DNA of 63,608 nucleotides, filler included, from Hausera hauseri (GCA_046269625.1; 13 parts of 13 records of this genome joined end to end with filler, not necessarily neighbours in it); one strand, 5' to 3'. Positions 22,602 to 36,412 are shown, numbered from the whole stretch's first letter. A program made the numbers and translations. The notes: generated from the letters alone by a model not told the origin.

Positions 22602-22701
22602 NNNNNNNNNNNNNNNNNNNNNNNNNNNNNNNNNNNNNNNNNNNNTTAATTAATTAANNNNNNNNNNNNNNNNNNNNNNNNNNNNNNNNNNNNNNNNNNN
22701 N

Positions 22702-25700
22702 AATGTCTACTGATTTATTATTGATTTCCTTTGTTATATTTTCCACCTCGGATTTTATTTTTAGTAGTATAATGATTGTTATTTCTGTGAGTATTGTGAC
22801 GAGGATAGTTCGTCGCATGGTAATGTTGTAACTTAATCCACTTATGAGTTCCGATACTTGGATTATTAAAGAATACATGTGTCATTTGGAAACGCAATAG
22901 CATTTGTTTTCCTTTAATTCTGAATGTGCGACACAGATGGATCTGTATGATTCAAACAACGTTGCTGCTTCCTTTTCGTGTCCTATGGGTTTGTTTGTAT
23001 ATGCTATTATTAAACATTTCTTCTCAGGGCTATAATGGATAGATTCGTTAGTTATTCTTTAATTCGAATCTTGTATTTTTTGGTAGTTTCAAATAATCTC
23101 GAAATATGGTGCGTGATTTTCGTTCACTATAGTAAGTTGGAGTTAGATATAATTTCAATTGAGGTGTTGAGGTTATTTGTGTCAATAAACCTGGTATACA
23201 CATCGGTAATATACATCAGAATTTATATTTACATAAAGTTGTGCCCATCATAATCGTGAAAATATTGATGGTTATTAGTAGAGCTCTCTCGTGGTTCATG
23301 GAAATATATCTGTTAGTTTTGCTGCATAAGGTCTTTTCTGTCCATATTGAACCTATCTGATTCCTTAGGCATTCCGATTGTGGAAATAATTGTCTAATAT
23401 GATCAATTGTTGATTGTCTCGTAATTTCTTGGGGCTTTGCTGTTGACTGTGCCAATACATTGGTCATACATAATGCCAATGTACATGAAAATAGTACTGC
23501 TTGACTAAATTTCGGTTTCATGCCTTGATGGTTTATCGAAACCATTTCGCTACATGCATGATTATCTGATTCAGTGGGGTTTTTATTCGTAATGGATTCT
23601 TCTTTTGGCGTGGAATTTCATATAAGTTGACTTAGTTTATTAATATTTTTATCTACTTTTACCCAAGATTCCTTGTCTATGACGGGACCTATAAATTTAT
23701 TTCCCTTTTTCTTTAAGTGTCTGCTTATGTCCGTAATTTGCTTATGTATTTTTGTTAGATACTGCAGATAAGGCATTGTAGTCACAGGGATTTCTTCCGC
23801 TGGTAAGTCTATTAAATAATCTGTTAAATAATCTCCTTCATTCTGTAACAAGTCAACATGTGTCAATCCTAAATAAGCAGTGATTCTGCTGGTCCATCGG
23901 GCGCAGATTACTCCATTGGGGTTTGCTCCATATATTTTAGCAAGTGTATCCAATCTTGCATCATATAATTGTACTGATCGGTGGTAGATTTCTATGGCAT
24001 TTATTTGGGTTATTCCAATTATTTCGTCAGTTACTTTCATTCCTTTAGGTTGATCTCGTTTTCTATTGAAATTATAAAAGAGAACTTGGATCATATATTG
24101 TCGGATTCTTGCGTGTTGAATTCGGGTGCTAGGACAAAGTTATTAATGTAGAAGTGATCCACCATTCGTTGTAATAAGTTCTGTTTTTCGTATTCGTTAA
24201 GGTAATAGAAGTCGTTCAGGTATTGGCTTTTGATCCAATTATTTGTTCTTCTTGGTATATTCTTATGATTCAGGCCTAGTTCCCATATGACTTAGCATAT
24301 CTATCTCTCGATTTCTGGAGTTGGTTAGGATATTGTGTCTTGGCACCTACACAGAAGCTTTGTAAATAGGATTTTTCTATCAGTAATCCTTGTTGACGGC
24401 AGTTGCATACTCTGTGATTTGTTTGCACAACATATTTTAATTGGTTTGCTGGAGTCTTCTTCCGTGATCATTTTTCTCCGGATTAAAATATCTGAATAGT
24501 TATCGGCACATCTCTTCATCATACCATAGTAATGAAAGTCAAAGCGTAACACGGGATTATAAGATCGGTATTTTTCCATATCAAATAAATAATTTAGTAT
24601 AGCTTGTTTCTCTTTTAAGATTTCGAGGTTCCCTTCTCTTATACAATGGATAAACTGCCTTTGCCATTTCCTTTTGATGGTTTGCTCGCTTTCTAATTTG
24701 CTGACATTATGAAATATCCTAGGGTCATGTTTCGATATTTTATGCGTTTGGATCGGGGTTCTATTCAATGGTAATGGATAACTTTATTGGTTTTACCGGA
24801 AGGTTGATTGTAACCTGTATTGTAATCGTTAATTATTGTTTGCATTATTCGATTATAACGAGTGCATCTCGAATAGCCTTGGAACTCTAACTTAGTGTTA
24901 TTGAAGGCCATCAAACATGAGTGAATTTGTACGTACTGTTGAATGGTTTGTTTATACATTGTTACATAATGTAACAATCGGGTTGTCCAAATTTTATTTC
25001 TATATTCTTCTTTATCATAACCGCGTCTTACAGCCCAATATAGTAATTTTCCTATCGTATTATTTCCATATCCACAATCTATATATTGCTTCAGGGGATT
25101 GGCCTCTTTTGTACATTTCTTTTTCCATTGGTAAGTATGGAGCGTTGCAATTTGCGTTTGTTCATGTCTTATACTCTTTGGTTTCATCCATTCCCTGTCA
25201 AGATGTATAATTCCTAATGCTAGTTTATCTTTTAATTATTCATATAAAGTATTTTGACTCCGTGTCGTAATTCTTCTAGTATTTTCAGCTTTGATTTTAG
25301 CAATATTTTGAAATATTCGGTTTTCTCTTCAGGGTCGTTTTCAACATTTTGAATCTTCCGCGTCAAAAGTCCGTTAATTTCGTGATCAATGCCACAATCC
25401 TCCACTAGATAGTTGAGTATTTCTATGTCTTGAGTTGAGATTTCCGAATATTTAGGCTTATGTAAGACTATATTAAGCAGTTGAAAAACAGATGTATTCC
25501 ATGTGGTAAATGATGAAAAAAATTATGCATATAAATTGAGAGGGTTGGTTTTCAAATATTGTTGGGCCCCTAAGGCTATAATTTTAAAAGCATAAGCATC
25601 GCCTTGTGCGAAATATTGTTTTTCGACGTTATAAACAATTGTTTTTAAATAGTTGTAGTCTGGAGACTGTCGTTTACCTGGAGTTCTATTAATTTCCCAT

Positions 25701-27298
25701 AGGAATATGCGTAATCAGGTTAGCTTATGGCTCATTTCAACGTCTGATTTCGTTGATACTTCTCTAGTTGGTTCTATTTCAATGCTTTTAGTTTTCTGAT
25801 TTTGTAGATATTGTTGGCGAAGGGTATGATTTCATTTCGGTTTCGTTGTGGGTGTTGATCTTTTAGATTAGTAATTTCACATTCTATGTCCAAATCTTGA
25901 CTCAGTGACTTGTTTAACATTCGTAATAAATGCGTCATTTCATGTACTTCGATTAATCGGTCGACATTATTCTTCTTGTAAAGTTTGAATCTTTTTATTA
26001 CTGATGCTATATATTTGTATGACGAGCTGCCCCAGGTGTTTCCTTTCGCTGTCTCACTGTTTCCTATCGCATTGCATGATTTTGATAACAAGAATTTATC
26101 TTCTGCTGGCATTTCCTTGTAGGTTTTGCCGAATTCCAGCAGTATTGTATCAGTGACTTTTTAAATGTATTGTTCGCAGAAATGATATATTTATCTATTG
26201 CTATTCCATTTGTACTTCTCTATCTTCCATCCAGGGTATATCGTCTAATTCAACACTTGGCCATATACGACTCTTAACAGTTTCTTTTGTGGGAACAGTC
26301 GATGATTCCTCTGCAATTGTTGTATATGAGAGTCTTTTGACCATGGGTTCTCGGTCGTTTCTACTTCGGGTATCATGTAGTTTTGAATAATCTTTGGGGC
26401 TAATATGGTAGGTATTGTACTTAAAAATTCTTCCCTACTGGCTCGTTTTTTCTTTTCCCATTGCTGTGAATCGAATTAATTCGGTTAGTTGTTCAACAGT
26501 GTATATTGCTAATACGTATGATAGAAATTTTACATACTTCGAATAGCCTTGTTCACTTGAACTGACTGTTTGGGCAGTGCAATTTCCGATTAGACAATAT
26601 ATTACCAGGGTAGACAGAAGTATTGGGTTTGGTCTACCATAGTTTCCTTGGTTTTCCTCATAAATAGGAGATGGTGACTGTTTGGTTACCTTTTGATAAT
26701 ATTTTACTACTCGGCAATATTTATAAAATGTTACTACTATTAAATCGACTATAGTGCTGCTAGCTAAGCTTATTAGGAACATTAGCAACGGAAATGATAT
26801 ATAATCCACAAGTGGTAGGGTAGGTATTTTGGAGGCTATTCCTTATTGGCTGTTTCCACGTTTGACATTAGTTGCTTTCCTCTTATTACTTCTCTCCGTA
26901 TTTTATAATGTTTCTTGATTAGTACTGCAGTGTAGCTAGCTAGTGTGAAAAGAAATGATATTAGTAACATTAGTGATATTATGTCCCTTATTTGATTGTA
27001 CACATACGCTTCTTTGTTACATGTTCCAGCTTTAACAATAGGTATTAAGCTGCTTCCAATCATAAATCCACTGGTTGTTGGTAATATATCTCGCCCAGTG
27101 GAATTAAATTGTTTATATCGATTGACCTTCTTGTTGAAAAATATTATCGCACCTATTATAAGACTAACTAGAAGTGTCAATATTACTGCAGAAAGAGTGT
27201 ACTCTAGTATGGATGTTGAAGAGAATATTGGTTTATTTGCTCGTATTGTAATGTTGGTAGACGTTTCTGCGTCAGCTTTCTTAACTATAAGTGATGGC
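22702..27298 (-). other. decayed co-oriented orphan polyprotein region with repeated signal-peptide/TM segments; probably retroelement cargo
   Basis: Back-to-back minus-strand ORF pieces across 4.6 kb with an A-rich coding strand and no introns. Hydrophobic segments end in LIPIVKA|, LIGNCTA|Q and MTNVLA|Q. FN3-like VSELISGLSYNITM near 22800-22860. Confidence 0.5.
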
Positions 27299-29254
27299 NN
27301 NNNNNNNNNNNNNNNNNNNNNNNNNNNNNNNNNNNNNNNNNNTTAATTAATTAANNNNNNNNNNNNNNNNNNNNNNNNNNNNNNNNNNNNNNNNNNNNTT
27401 TCAGACATTTTAATTCCGAATGTCAATCTCAGCACATTTGAAACAGCAAACATATTGCGTTTGACCTAATCTAGCTAGTTGCTCAATTCCAGACAGATGG
27501 ACATATTTTGTTGAAATTCTTTCCGGTTGACATATGCTCAGTCAGATTTAGTAACGTTCTTAATTCGATCCTAATCCAATTTCTCAATTTGGTTCAACTG
27601 TTGGTGATTTAATTGACCTGATGATATAGTTATTTGTAGTCTGATTACGTAATTTAAAAGGGTTTTCAGTTAACCGTGTCATACCTTTGTATTTTTGCAT
27701 TAGCTCAATTTTTCAGTTTCTCATTTATCTACGGTTGTAAATTGGTGCGCAATACTCGAAATTGGTTCAGTTTCAGTTTTCAGATCAATGGAAAAGAGAA
27801 AATTAATCAATTTCACTCAAGAAATGAAATATTTTATTTAGTTTGAATTACTTGTTGAATTGCAAAATTTATGACAGATTTAACCGTTGTATTTTCTAAT
27901 TGTGCCTGGATGCCCTTGTTTCGTAATTTCGCACTTAACAACAAATAAATAAACAGGCTCCGTAATTTCAGGCTCATTGTGTACATAATAGACGAGTGCA
28001 GAGGTGCGTTGTACAGCCGATTTACCCGACATGTTTTCTTTAAAAAAACCTAAATGAAAATTTTGTTTTAATTCAAAAAAGGTTTTCTTTGAGTTTTTTA
28101 AACTCCATATTTCACCTTTTTTCGAAAAATAAATTTTAACCATATTCATTCAATTCTCTTCCCGGAGATAATTTTTCTACAGTGGATTTATTGGAATAAT
28201 GCAGGCGTTGAAAATCAAATCCCCCTCAATAATTTATGGTGGCATTATTGGGAGGAATGCGGCCCTTTTTGGAGGTGAATTAGATCTCCCAGTAAATCTT
28301 TTAGCGATTTTATTTTTCCAAACTAAATCAGTTAAGGAACAACCCGAATACAACGAAGAAAACCATAACACCAATCACGGAATTGATATTTATCGGAAAT
28401 ACTAAAGAAAAATACCACAAAACGTCAATTCCATCGATCGACGAATTACAACAATAAATATCATATATTACGCAATAAGAACAGTAAATATGGCAGAAAA
28501 ACTGAAATCGATAAAATTCAACATTGCCAGTTAACAATTTTCCTTGCGAATATTCAGACTAATGTGAACAAGCGCCGAAAATTGATACATTTTCTTATTT
28601 AAAATTTTAAAAATTTCGAAATGAATTTTTCTGTTTACAAAAATTTTATAGTTCTTTTTTTTGGAAGACATTTTGTTATCAATTCTATGATCACCATTAC
28701 CCGCAGGATTCAAAACCCATTCTCCGGTGATAACAAAATTGGGGGATTTGAGTCAGATTGCTATCAGGACGCAATCAACCCCCGAAAAGTCAGCGTTGGG
28801 TGCTCACAGAGCAGATAAAGGCGTCAGTGCAACATTAACCAACAAAGTAGATTAGAAAACGCCCCAGTGAACTAGATATTCCTAAATCAACCTTCATGAC
28901 TACATGAAAAGACTTAAAGCTTCATGCATTTCCTTCTATTTGTGTAAATGAATTATTTGATACTGATAATTTGTTTCAAGGCGTAATGCGTCTGAAAATT
29001 CATACCTTTCCTTTAAGAGGAAGTCATTTTTAGTGATGAGTGTGCAGTTTACCGCAGCATGATACCAATAAATGATTATTTTTGGGCAAAAACAACTCCG
29101 TTTACTTTGAATAGCTCGAATACAGCCCACCTCATGTAATGAATTTGGCAGCAATGAACAGTAAACATCTTTTTTACGAACCCGTCAACAAACAGTCATA
29201 TCTTCACATGCTGCAGACATGGTTTGTTCCACAACTTCGAGCAGTAAATATCAA

Positions 29255-29350
29255 TAAGCACCACTTCCAACGGAATGGTGCACCAGCCCATTACGGGAAT
29301 TAGGTACGTAATTATTTGAATGATACATTCATGACCCATAGGATATGGCG
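29255..29350 (+). mobile_element. Tc1/Tc3-type DDE transposase scrap
   Basis: FQRNGAPAHYGN*VRNYLNDTF resembles FQQDGAPAH...VR.YLN..F. Confidence 0.6.
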
Positions 29351-29819
29351 TCGTATTGTCAGGTGGTAGGAAAATGATGGTGTTCGTACAGATCCTATTG
29401 ATGTTTTGTCATTAACATTTAAATGAATGTCTGTTTTATTACTACTAATCTGTGTTGTAATTAAATTTGTTTCAATATTTAGTGCTAGATTTTATTTTCA
29501 AATTTTGGTACGGTAACAAAACATTTATAACATCCTTCAAGTAAATTTTTTAAAAAGTCAATTTTCCAATTATGGTTTTTGGAATCTTTTTTTTTTTTCA
29601 TGGAATTATTTTGTCAATGTTAGTATATTCAAATGAAATGGAAAATTGAATTGGGTGGGGGGGGTAGGGGGTAAATGCCTTGATTGGGTAAATATTTCGA
29701 CCCAACACTTTTTCGTGGAGTTTATAATCAGAAATTCTTGATCTGATTCAATGATCAATGTTAAAATTTTAACGCACATTTTATTATCGAAATTATAATT
29801 CCTACATATTTGCTGCATT

Positions 29820-29885
29820 TGCATGTGTGTGTGCATCTGTGTGTGTGCGCGTGTGTGTATGTATCTGTCTGCCTGCATGCATGCA
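29820..29885. repeat. degenerate (TG)n microsatellite
   Basis: TGCATGTGTGTGTGCATCTGTGTGTGTGCGCGTGTGTGTATG. Confidence 0.85.
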
Positions 29886-29994
29886 AATAAGTTAGTTTTG
29901 ATGAGTTTAGATTTTTGCTACTTTTCACATTCCCAACAAAATTCTCTTCATCGACCAAATATCGGATTTTTCTCGACAATTCTAAAAATTAAAT

Positions 29995-30997
29995 TCATTT
30001 ATTCCCCGCAATGGCATTTTTCAATTTGACTCCTCTGACCGTTCGGAATTTTTCATCCAATTTTCCTTGTTTTTTCTCTTTTCGTCGTTCTCTCTGAGCA
30101 TCTTTCACTTCTTGTTTACGATTTTTCTTTTCATCGAGTGTCTCATTTTTTGATCTGCCGACCTTTTGTGTCGGTTTCGTCGTCAATTCCTGCTCAGCTG
30201 TCTCGTCATTTTGTCCGCTGTCAGCTGAACTTTCCATCTCCTTTTTTAATTTCAATTCTTTCTTATAATTTTTCTTCATTCGTATCAAATTCGGTCGAAT
30301 ATTTTTAAACTGTTGAGTCATGCCGGTCAATGGGGCGAATGGGAGATGTTCAACGAAATTCGGATCACGAACTAATTGACGGAAATGTTCCAGGAAAGCT
30401 TTGTCGTCGATCGCTGACAAATGTCGAGGAATGTGGAGACCGAGAAACAGTTCCTCTGCATCTTTATTAATAATTCCTTAACAATTCGAAATGGCATTGC
30501 GCAGATTTGTATAAAATTCGACATTTGTATGATGGCAAATATCCAAATCGACAACGAATTCGAAAAATTTTTGTAACGAAAGAGTTTTGACGCCTTTCTT
30601 ACGGAAGAAATTGTTGACGTTGTAGCAATCATATCGGAGGAAATCAATGGCGCGTGGATGTTCGTGCTCGACACTTTGGGAAACGTCGATCATCCACACT
30701 TTGTCATTGAAATAAAGGAGATTGTATTCACTCAAATCGGCATGAATAAGACGGCATTCCTGAAATAAAATTCGAACATAAGAAACTACTTGCACATACA
30801 AATTCGTCCATTCCTCGACCGTCTCCAATTCGGTGTCTGCCAAACGAGGAGCGGCGTTCCCATCGCTACCAACGAGAGTCATCAACAGCACCATGCACTT
30901 CAATTTCAGAGGTTTCGGACAAGGAATTGCTCCATCGGTTTGATGAATACGCAACAGATTTCGGAATTCTTTCTCCGCCCATGTTTTGACTTTATTT
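29995..30997 (-). pseudogene. RIOK1: RIO1 atypical kinase, intronless, 5' truncated, one in-frame stop (30478-30480)
   Basis: KVKTWAEKEFRNLLR; LIHADLSEYNLLY; IDVSQSVEHEHP; basic tail KQEVKDAQRERRKEK. ORFs 30478 and 29995 share a frame. Confidence 0.92.
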
Positions 30998-31722
30998 GTG
31001 CTGTGCCTAATGAATACAGTTTGTTGTGACTGTGGTGCAGTGGTTTAGTTTCAGGTTGTGCCTTCAGACTGGCTGCTTCACATCATTAAAAAACATTTTT
31101 CTCCGTTAAAGTTTCCCCAAAATGGCCTTGGTTTCACATTTGAAAGTGCAGCAAGCACTTATCTTATTTTGAGTTCGTTTGAATATTTGGATATGAAAGT
31201 TAATGATGCACAGAGAATGTATGTGTAAAATACAAACAAATATACTAAGGGGTGAAATAAATAAATTATAGTTTAATAGTGACATTTAAAGTCACTCATA
31301 CAAAGAGGAAAAGACCCCGTATATGGGGTAATATAATGAGGAAATTAGGCACAAACCAAAGGGGTGGAATAAACGAAGAGAATGAGGACGTTGAAACGTT
31401 AGAAGAAATAGAAGAAAAGTGGCGGCTGTTGATTACACTGGTAAGAAAGACTGAATTAGAGTAGATTAAACCAAAGTTCAGCAGCAGGATAAGGAAATCA
31501 GAGTGATGAAGGCTCATGAGGACCCTTGCTGTTAGGATGAGAGGTGTCACCTTAAAGGCTGAAGGTATAAAAACACTTAACAAATATAGTAATTTGGTAG
31601 TAATTTCTATACTCTAGCTCAGNNNNNNNNNNNNNNNNNNNNNNNNNNNNNNNNNNNNNNNNNNNNTTAATTAATTAANNNNNNNNNNNNNNNNNNNNNN
31701 NNNNNNNNNNNNNNNNNNNNNN

Positions 31723-32095
31723 CCTCGGCCTTGTGGTAAGGGGCTTTGTCCTCTCGGAAGAATCCATCGTTGTTTGGGAAAACAGACGCCAACAACGAAT
31801 GTATCTGGTCCACAATGATATTCATGTAGTTCACAGCTTTCATTGCGCCGCCTACGATAACTACAGGGCCTAGGGCTGACCAGGTGAAGGTCCTCCACAG
31901 CATAACTGGGCGGCTGAGTTCTATCCGCCGTGCATTGCTCAGCACCAGGCAGCTCTTCAACTGGTAACAGAAGAATTCTGACCCTGCCATCGACATCGTG
32001 TAAGAGAAGTCGAGTTTCGTCTGACCAGGCAACACGTTTCCACTGTTCAGTGGTCCAATGGTGATACGTAGCCACTGCAAGCACGATGACGTGAC
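31723..32095 (-). mobile_element. Tc1-like transposase fragment (frameshifted)
   Basis: HWTTEQWKRVAWSDETRLLLHDVDGRVRI; VMLWRTFTWSALGPVV; FREDKAPYHKA (degenerate FQ.DNAP.H). Confidence 0.88.
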
Positions 32096-32099
32096 GTCA

Positions 32100-35000
32100 G
32101 CAACGGAACCTTCTTGGATCTTCGGCAGCAGAGTCCCGTATCTAATATTGTCTACTAAACTGCGTGTTTCGAAACATTTCTACTTTGTGTGGCTTCTTGT
32201 GGTTGATTCGTACAGATTCTTCTCTGTCCTTAGGCTTCGTTACTTGCTTAATTTCATCTGTATCTTGCTGCTTCTGTGTGTCTTCCTTTTTTCTACAATT
32301 AGTCATTTGTTTTAGCTGTTCAATTGTTACAAGTTTTTCTGCGTATTGATTCTCAATTTCCTTAGACTGCTTCTGTAACTCTTTTGTATACTCCTCTTTT
32401 ACCTGTATTCTCTCTTGCATTTCTTTCATATTAGTTACTGCTTGGCGTCTGAACTCTAATAATTCTTGCATTAACTTTTTCGTGTCTTCTACTTCTCTGT
32501 CTTTCTGCTGGACGATACTATTGATTTCTTTAATCTTTGCTTCTATTGCTACTTCTGCCTCTCTTTGTTTCTCTCTTATATCTTGCGTCTGTTTGTCTTT
32601 CATTATTCCATTCTCTGAATTTTTCTTTGCTAACAATTTTGTAACTGTTTTCTGATATTCTTCGTCTTCTGACGATATCTCTGGACTTCTTGTTCTGGTT
32701 GTGTTTATTCTACGGCTTCGCATGTGCATTTCTATAGTCTTAATCTGTTTTCTTCACCCTATGTGTTTCCCTTCAGTACCTTCAGGTATTTACGATTCTT
32801 TCTGGTTATCTTCCTTCACTTTCTTTGTTCACTTCTGTCTTAACGTAGCTTTCCTTGCTATTTTCGGTTTTGGTTCTTGGTCAGCCGAGGTGTTTGAGTC
32901 TCTGAGTCTTTTCAATCTTTTCACCATTTCTTCCATATCTGATGACTCTGTGTCAGCATCTTCTGCTTCACAACTTTCCTGATTTTCTTCTTTTTGTGAA
33001 CCTGGGTCATTTTCTTCTGCCTGCTGCTATAACTGCCGTTGTTCTCTATACTGTAACCTTTTCTTTCCTTCTATCAAATGAAGATCACTATCGTTCGATG
33101 AGCTACTTGTCGTTTCTTCTTCTTTTCAACTGTTGTTTCCGAGCTTCTTCAAATCTTCTTCTAGCTGCTGCTCTAGTATTCTGATACGGAGCTTCAATAT
33201 CAGTTTTTGTCTGTTGGTTTTCCATGTTGGACTCACTCTCTGCTCTGAACTCTGTTTTTCGTGTGCACTTCGGTAAAACTAGTGGTGGTATGACTAATCC
33301 GTATCTGGAGTCACTCTCATCATTGCCTGAATATTCTGCTCGACTTGTCTCGTTTGACGCTTCAGTCTCCCTGTTCTTTGGTGGTACGACATATCTATTG
33401 TTTCTTCTCAGCTGATCTGTTGTAACTTTCGCTTCCTGACCTGTAAGTTTGTTGGTAATTATATATGATATGAGACCTCTTTTTTCTGTGATGGTGTACC
33501 CTGGAATCCATTTGTTTTGCATTTTTGAACTCCTATGATGTTGTCTGTAACACACTTTATCTCTGATTTCAAACTTTTGATAGACTGCTTTGTTATCGCT
33601 TCGGTCTTTTCTTTTCTGGTAGGACTTTCGAACATTCGCTCACTTTAACCGTTATTTCAAATAATTTCTGCAGTAAATATTTATGGAAATCGCCTCCCTG
33701 ATATCGGAATCTAGGTTGCAATAACATATCCACCGGGAGTGTGGGTTCTCTGCCAAAGATCATCTCATACGGTGAGAATTTTCTGCACCCATTTTCCATC
33801 ATAAGTATCATCAAAGCGGCCTGATTCAGATACAAATCCCACTAAGCTACTTGATCGCTTGCGTATTTTGTTATAATGTCATATATCACCTTGTTTTGTC
33901 GTTCATTTACACCGTTGGCACCTGGGTTATAGAATCAAGTCGCTATATGTTTAATATTTAGCTCCTTCAACGTGTCTTTCATTGCTTTGTTTACAAACTC
34001 TGTGCCGTTATCTGTGATGATTTCTAAGGGGAATCCAAAAATAGGTATAAACTTTTCCAATAAGACATCTATGATATTCTCTGCTGCCTTATTCGATAAT
34101 TGGTGTAATTCTGGCCATCAACCGTATATATCGACTATATGTAGGATATAGGCAGTTCCTGATGCAGTTAACGGATGTGGTCCAGATAAATCAAGACTCA
34201 CTTTCTCGAATGGAAAATGTGCTTGTGTTGGTTCCTGCATGGGGTGTCTTAATATTTCCATATTTCGTAGACGACATGCTTGGCAGTTTTTAACATATTC
34301 AGCGACAGTTTTCTACATGTTTGACCAGTAGTACTTCCTATTTATAATTGCAAACGTGCGATCTCTACCGAGGTGTCCTAATTTATCATGGTACTGTTCC
34401 AACAACTTGTTTATCATATAACCTGGTACGCATAACTGAAACCTCCCTTCACCATCCAGTTTATATAACACGTTATTATCCAGCATATAATTTTTCCATT
34501 TTGCTAGGTTCTCTTCTTTCTTAGTTTGCAAATCGCTCATGATTTGTCGAAGTTCACTATCTTTCTCCTGCTCATCTTTCATAATTATACCTTCTATTTA
34601 CTTGGCTCAGACTCCATGTTACTGTGTGTCTCATACTGCTGTGGATCAGTGGTATTGATGACAGAAATCTGTAAGGTATGGTCATCAATGTTTGGTGTTC
34701 CATCCTTATTTTCTGGCTCTATTTCTATCTGAACCTTGTCTGGCATTTGTGATAACAGATCTGCGACTGTATTCTCGGGATCGGTTATATATTCGATCTG
34801 CATTTTGTATCCTTGCAAATTCAAAACCCATGGTTCAATGCGTTTATTTTGGACATCTTATCTCATCATTGCTTTTAATGGCATGTGGTTGGTTATAATT
34901 TTGAATTCACTATTATGTAAATAGAAATTGAGCTTCTGTAAGGTGAAATGAATTGCATAAGCTTCCTTTTCAGTCACTGACCTTTTCTTTTGGGGTTTCT

Positions 35001-36005
35001 TGAGCCTAAGAGATAAAAAGTATATGGGCTTCGCTTTTACTGTTAACTTTACTTTTTCCATTTCTTGTCCCTCTTCCTGAATTAGAACGGCGCCTATGGC
35101 ATCCGTATATAAAATGTATGGTTTATTTGGGTTCGGATACGCTAGCATCGGTACCACTGATAGGCTGTCTTTCAAGTAATTGATGGCTTTCTGGCAAGTA
35201 TAATCCCAATGAAAACGAGCAAATTTCTTTGTTAGAGCGACTATTGGTTCCACCATCGCCGAGAAATTTGGGATGAATCGTCTTTAATATTCGCATATTC
35301 CCAAAAATCCACGAACTTCTCTTGTGTTTTTCAGTGCACCCATTGATTTGATTGCCTGAACCTTTTCACTGTCTGCCTTAACCACTTTTTTCGTTATTAT
35401 GAACACTAGATACTTCGTTTCCGCATTTGCTGAGTTTTAAGCGAACTTTGTCTCAGCCTGTCGGACACTGTTTCGATATGCTGCAGGTGGTCTTTCATAT
35501 CACCTTTCGTGAATATCAGAATATCGTCTATACGAGAGCAAATGTTTGTAGTGCTTCAAGTACTCGGTTCATTAATGACATGTATGTTGCTGGGGATCCT
35601 TTTAGTCCAAATGGCATTACATTCCAAGTTTACAATCCCGAGTGTGTACAGAATGCGCTCTTTTCTTTGGCCACTGATGTCATCGGGATGCACCAAAATC
35701 CTGATCGGGCATCTAATGTAGTGAAGTACATTGATCCACCTAGCATACCCAAAATGTCATCAATTAATGATAAAGGAAAACTGACATTTGTCGTTATTGA
35801 ATTAAGCGATCGATAGTCAACACAAAATCTATGCGTGCCATCCTTCTTCTTGACGATTACCACTGGGAATGACCATTCAGAACGAGTTCGTCCGATGATG
35901 CCTGCTTGCAACATTTCCTCTATTGCTCTTTCAACAATGTCTCTGTTTCCTAACGGTGTTCTATAAGGTCTTAGACTTATAGGTGGGTGTTCTCCATATC
36001 GGACA
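32100..36005 (-). mobile_element. Ty3/Gypsy LTR retrotransposon pol remnant (RT-RNaseH-integrase) with a charged 3' extension
   Basis: RPYRTP..WSFPVVIVKKKDGTHRFCVDYRSLN; IDDILIF; LYTDA..EKEAYAI..ITNHMPL; HDKLGHLG..YYW zinc finger; ITDNGTEF; SPYEMIFGREP. Order RT-RH-IN is Gypsy. Confidence 0.93.
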
Positions 36006-36105
36006 NNNNNNNNNNNNNNNNNNNNNNNNNNNNNNNNNNNNNNNNNNNNTTAATTAATTAANNNNNNNNNNNNNNNNNNNNNNNNNNNNNNNNNNNNNNN
36101 NNNNN

Positions 36106-36412
36106 AATATCAAACCGGCGAAATATGATATCTTTCCGAAAAAGATCAGCGGCGATAATTTGGATACAATGGAAGACACAATTAGAAAAGTTGACAGTGA
36201 TTTAGTGTTTAGTAACGATATCCGAGATACATCATCGATTTTTCACAAAGGAAATATTGCAAAAATTGTCAGTTCACATGGCGGAGAAACAGCAGAGGCA
36301 GTTATGTCACTGGAAGGAGCTAAAGGCTACCTAACACTGAATTTCAAATGATTCAATGAAACGAGCGACGTCAAATCCCAATATGGAAAATGGGGAAGTT
36401 TACTATAATTTA
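36106..36412 (+). pseudogene. small conserved gene convergent with PolB subfamily B; possible OB-fold ssDNA-binding protein
   Basis: KKISGDNLDTM..DSDLVFSNDIRDTSS..KGYLTLNFK; homologous to 53340-53716. Confidence 0.55.

Noticed and set aside
28150-28830. Possible voltage-gated channel S2-S4 fragment on the minus strand (FLRCIRVV..KSLKDLL)
   Set aside because: Short, stop-ridden and only weakly similar; cannot support a call.
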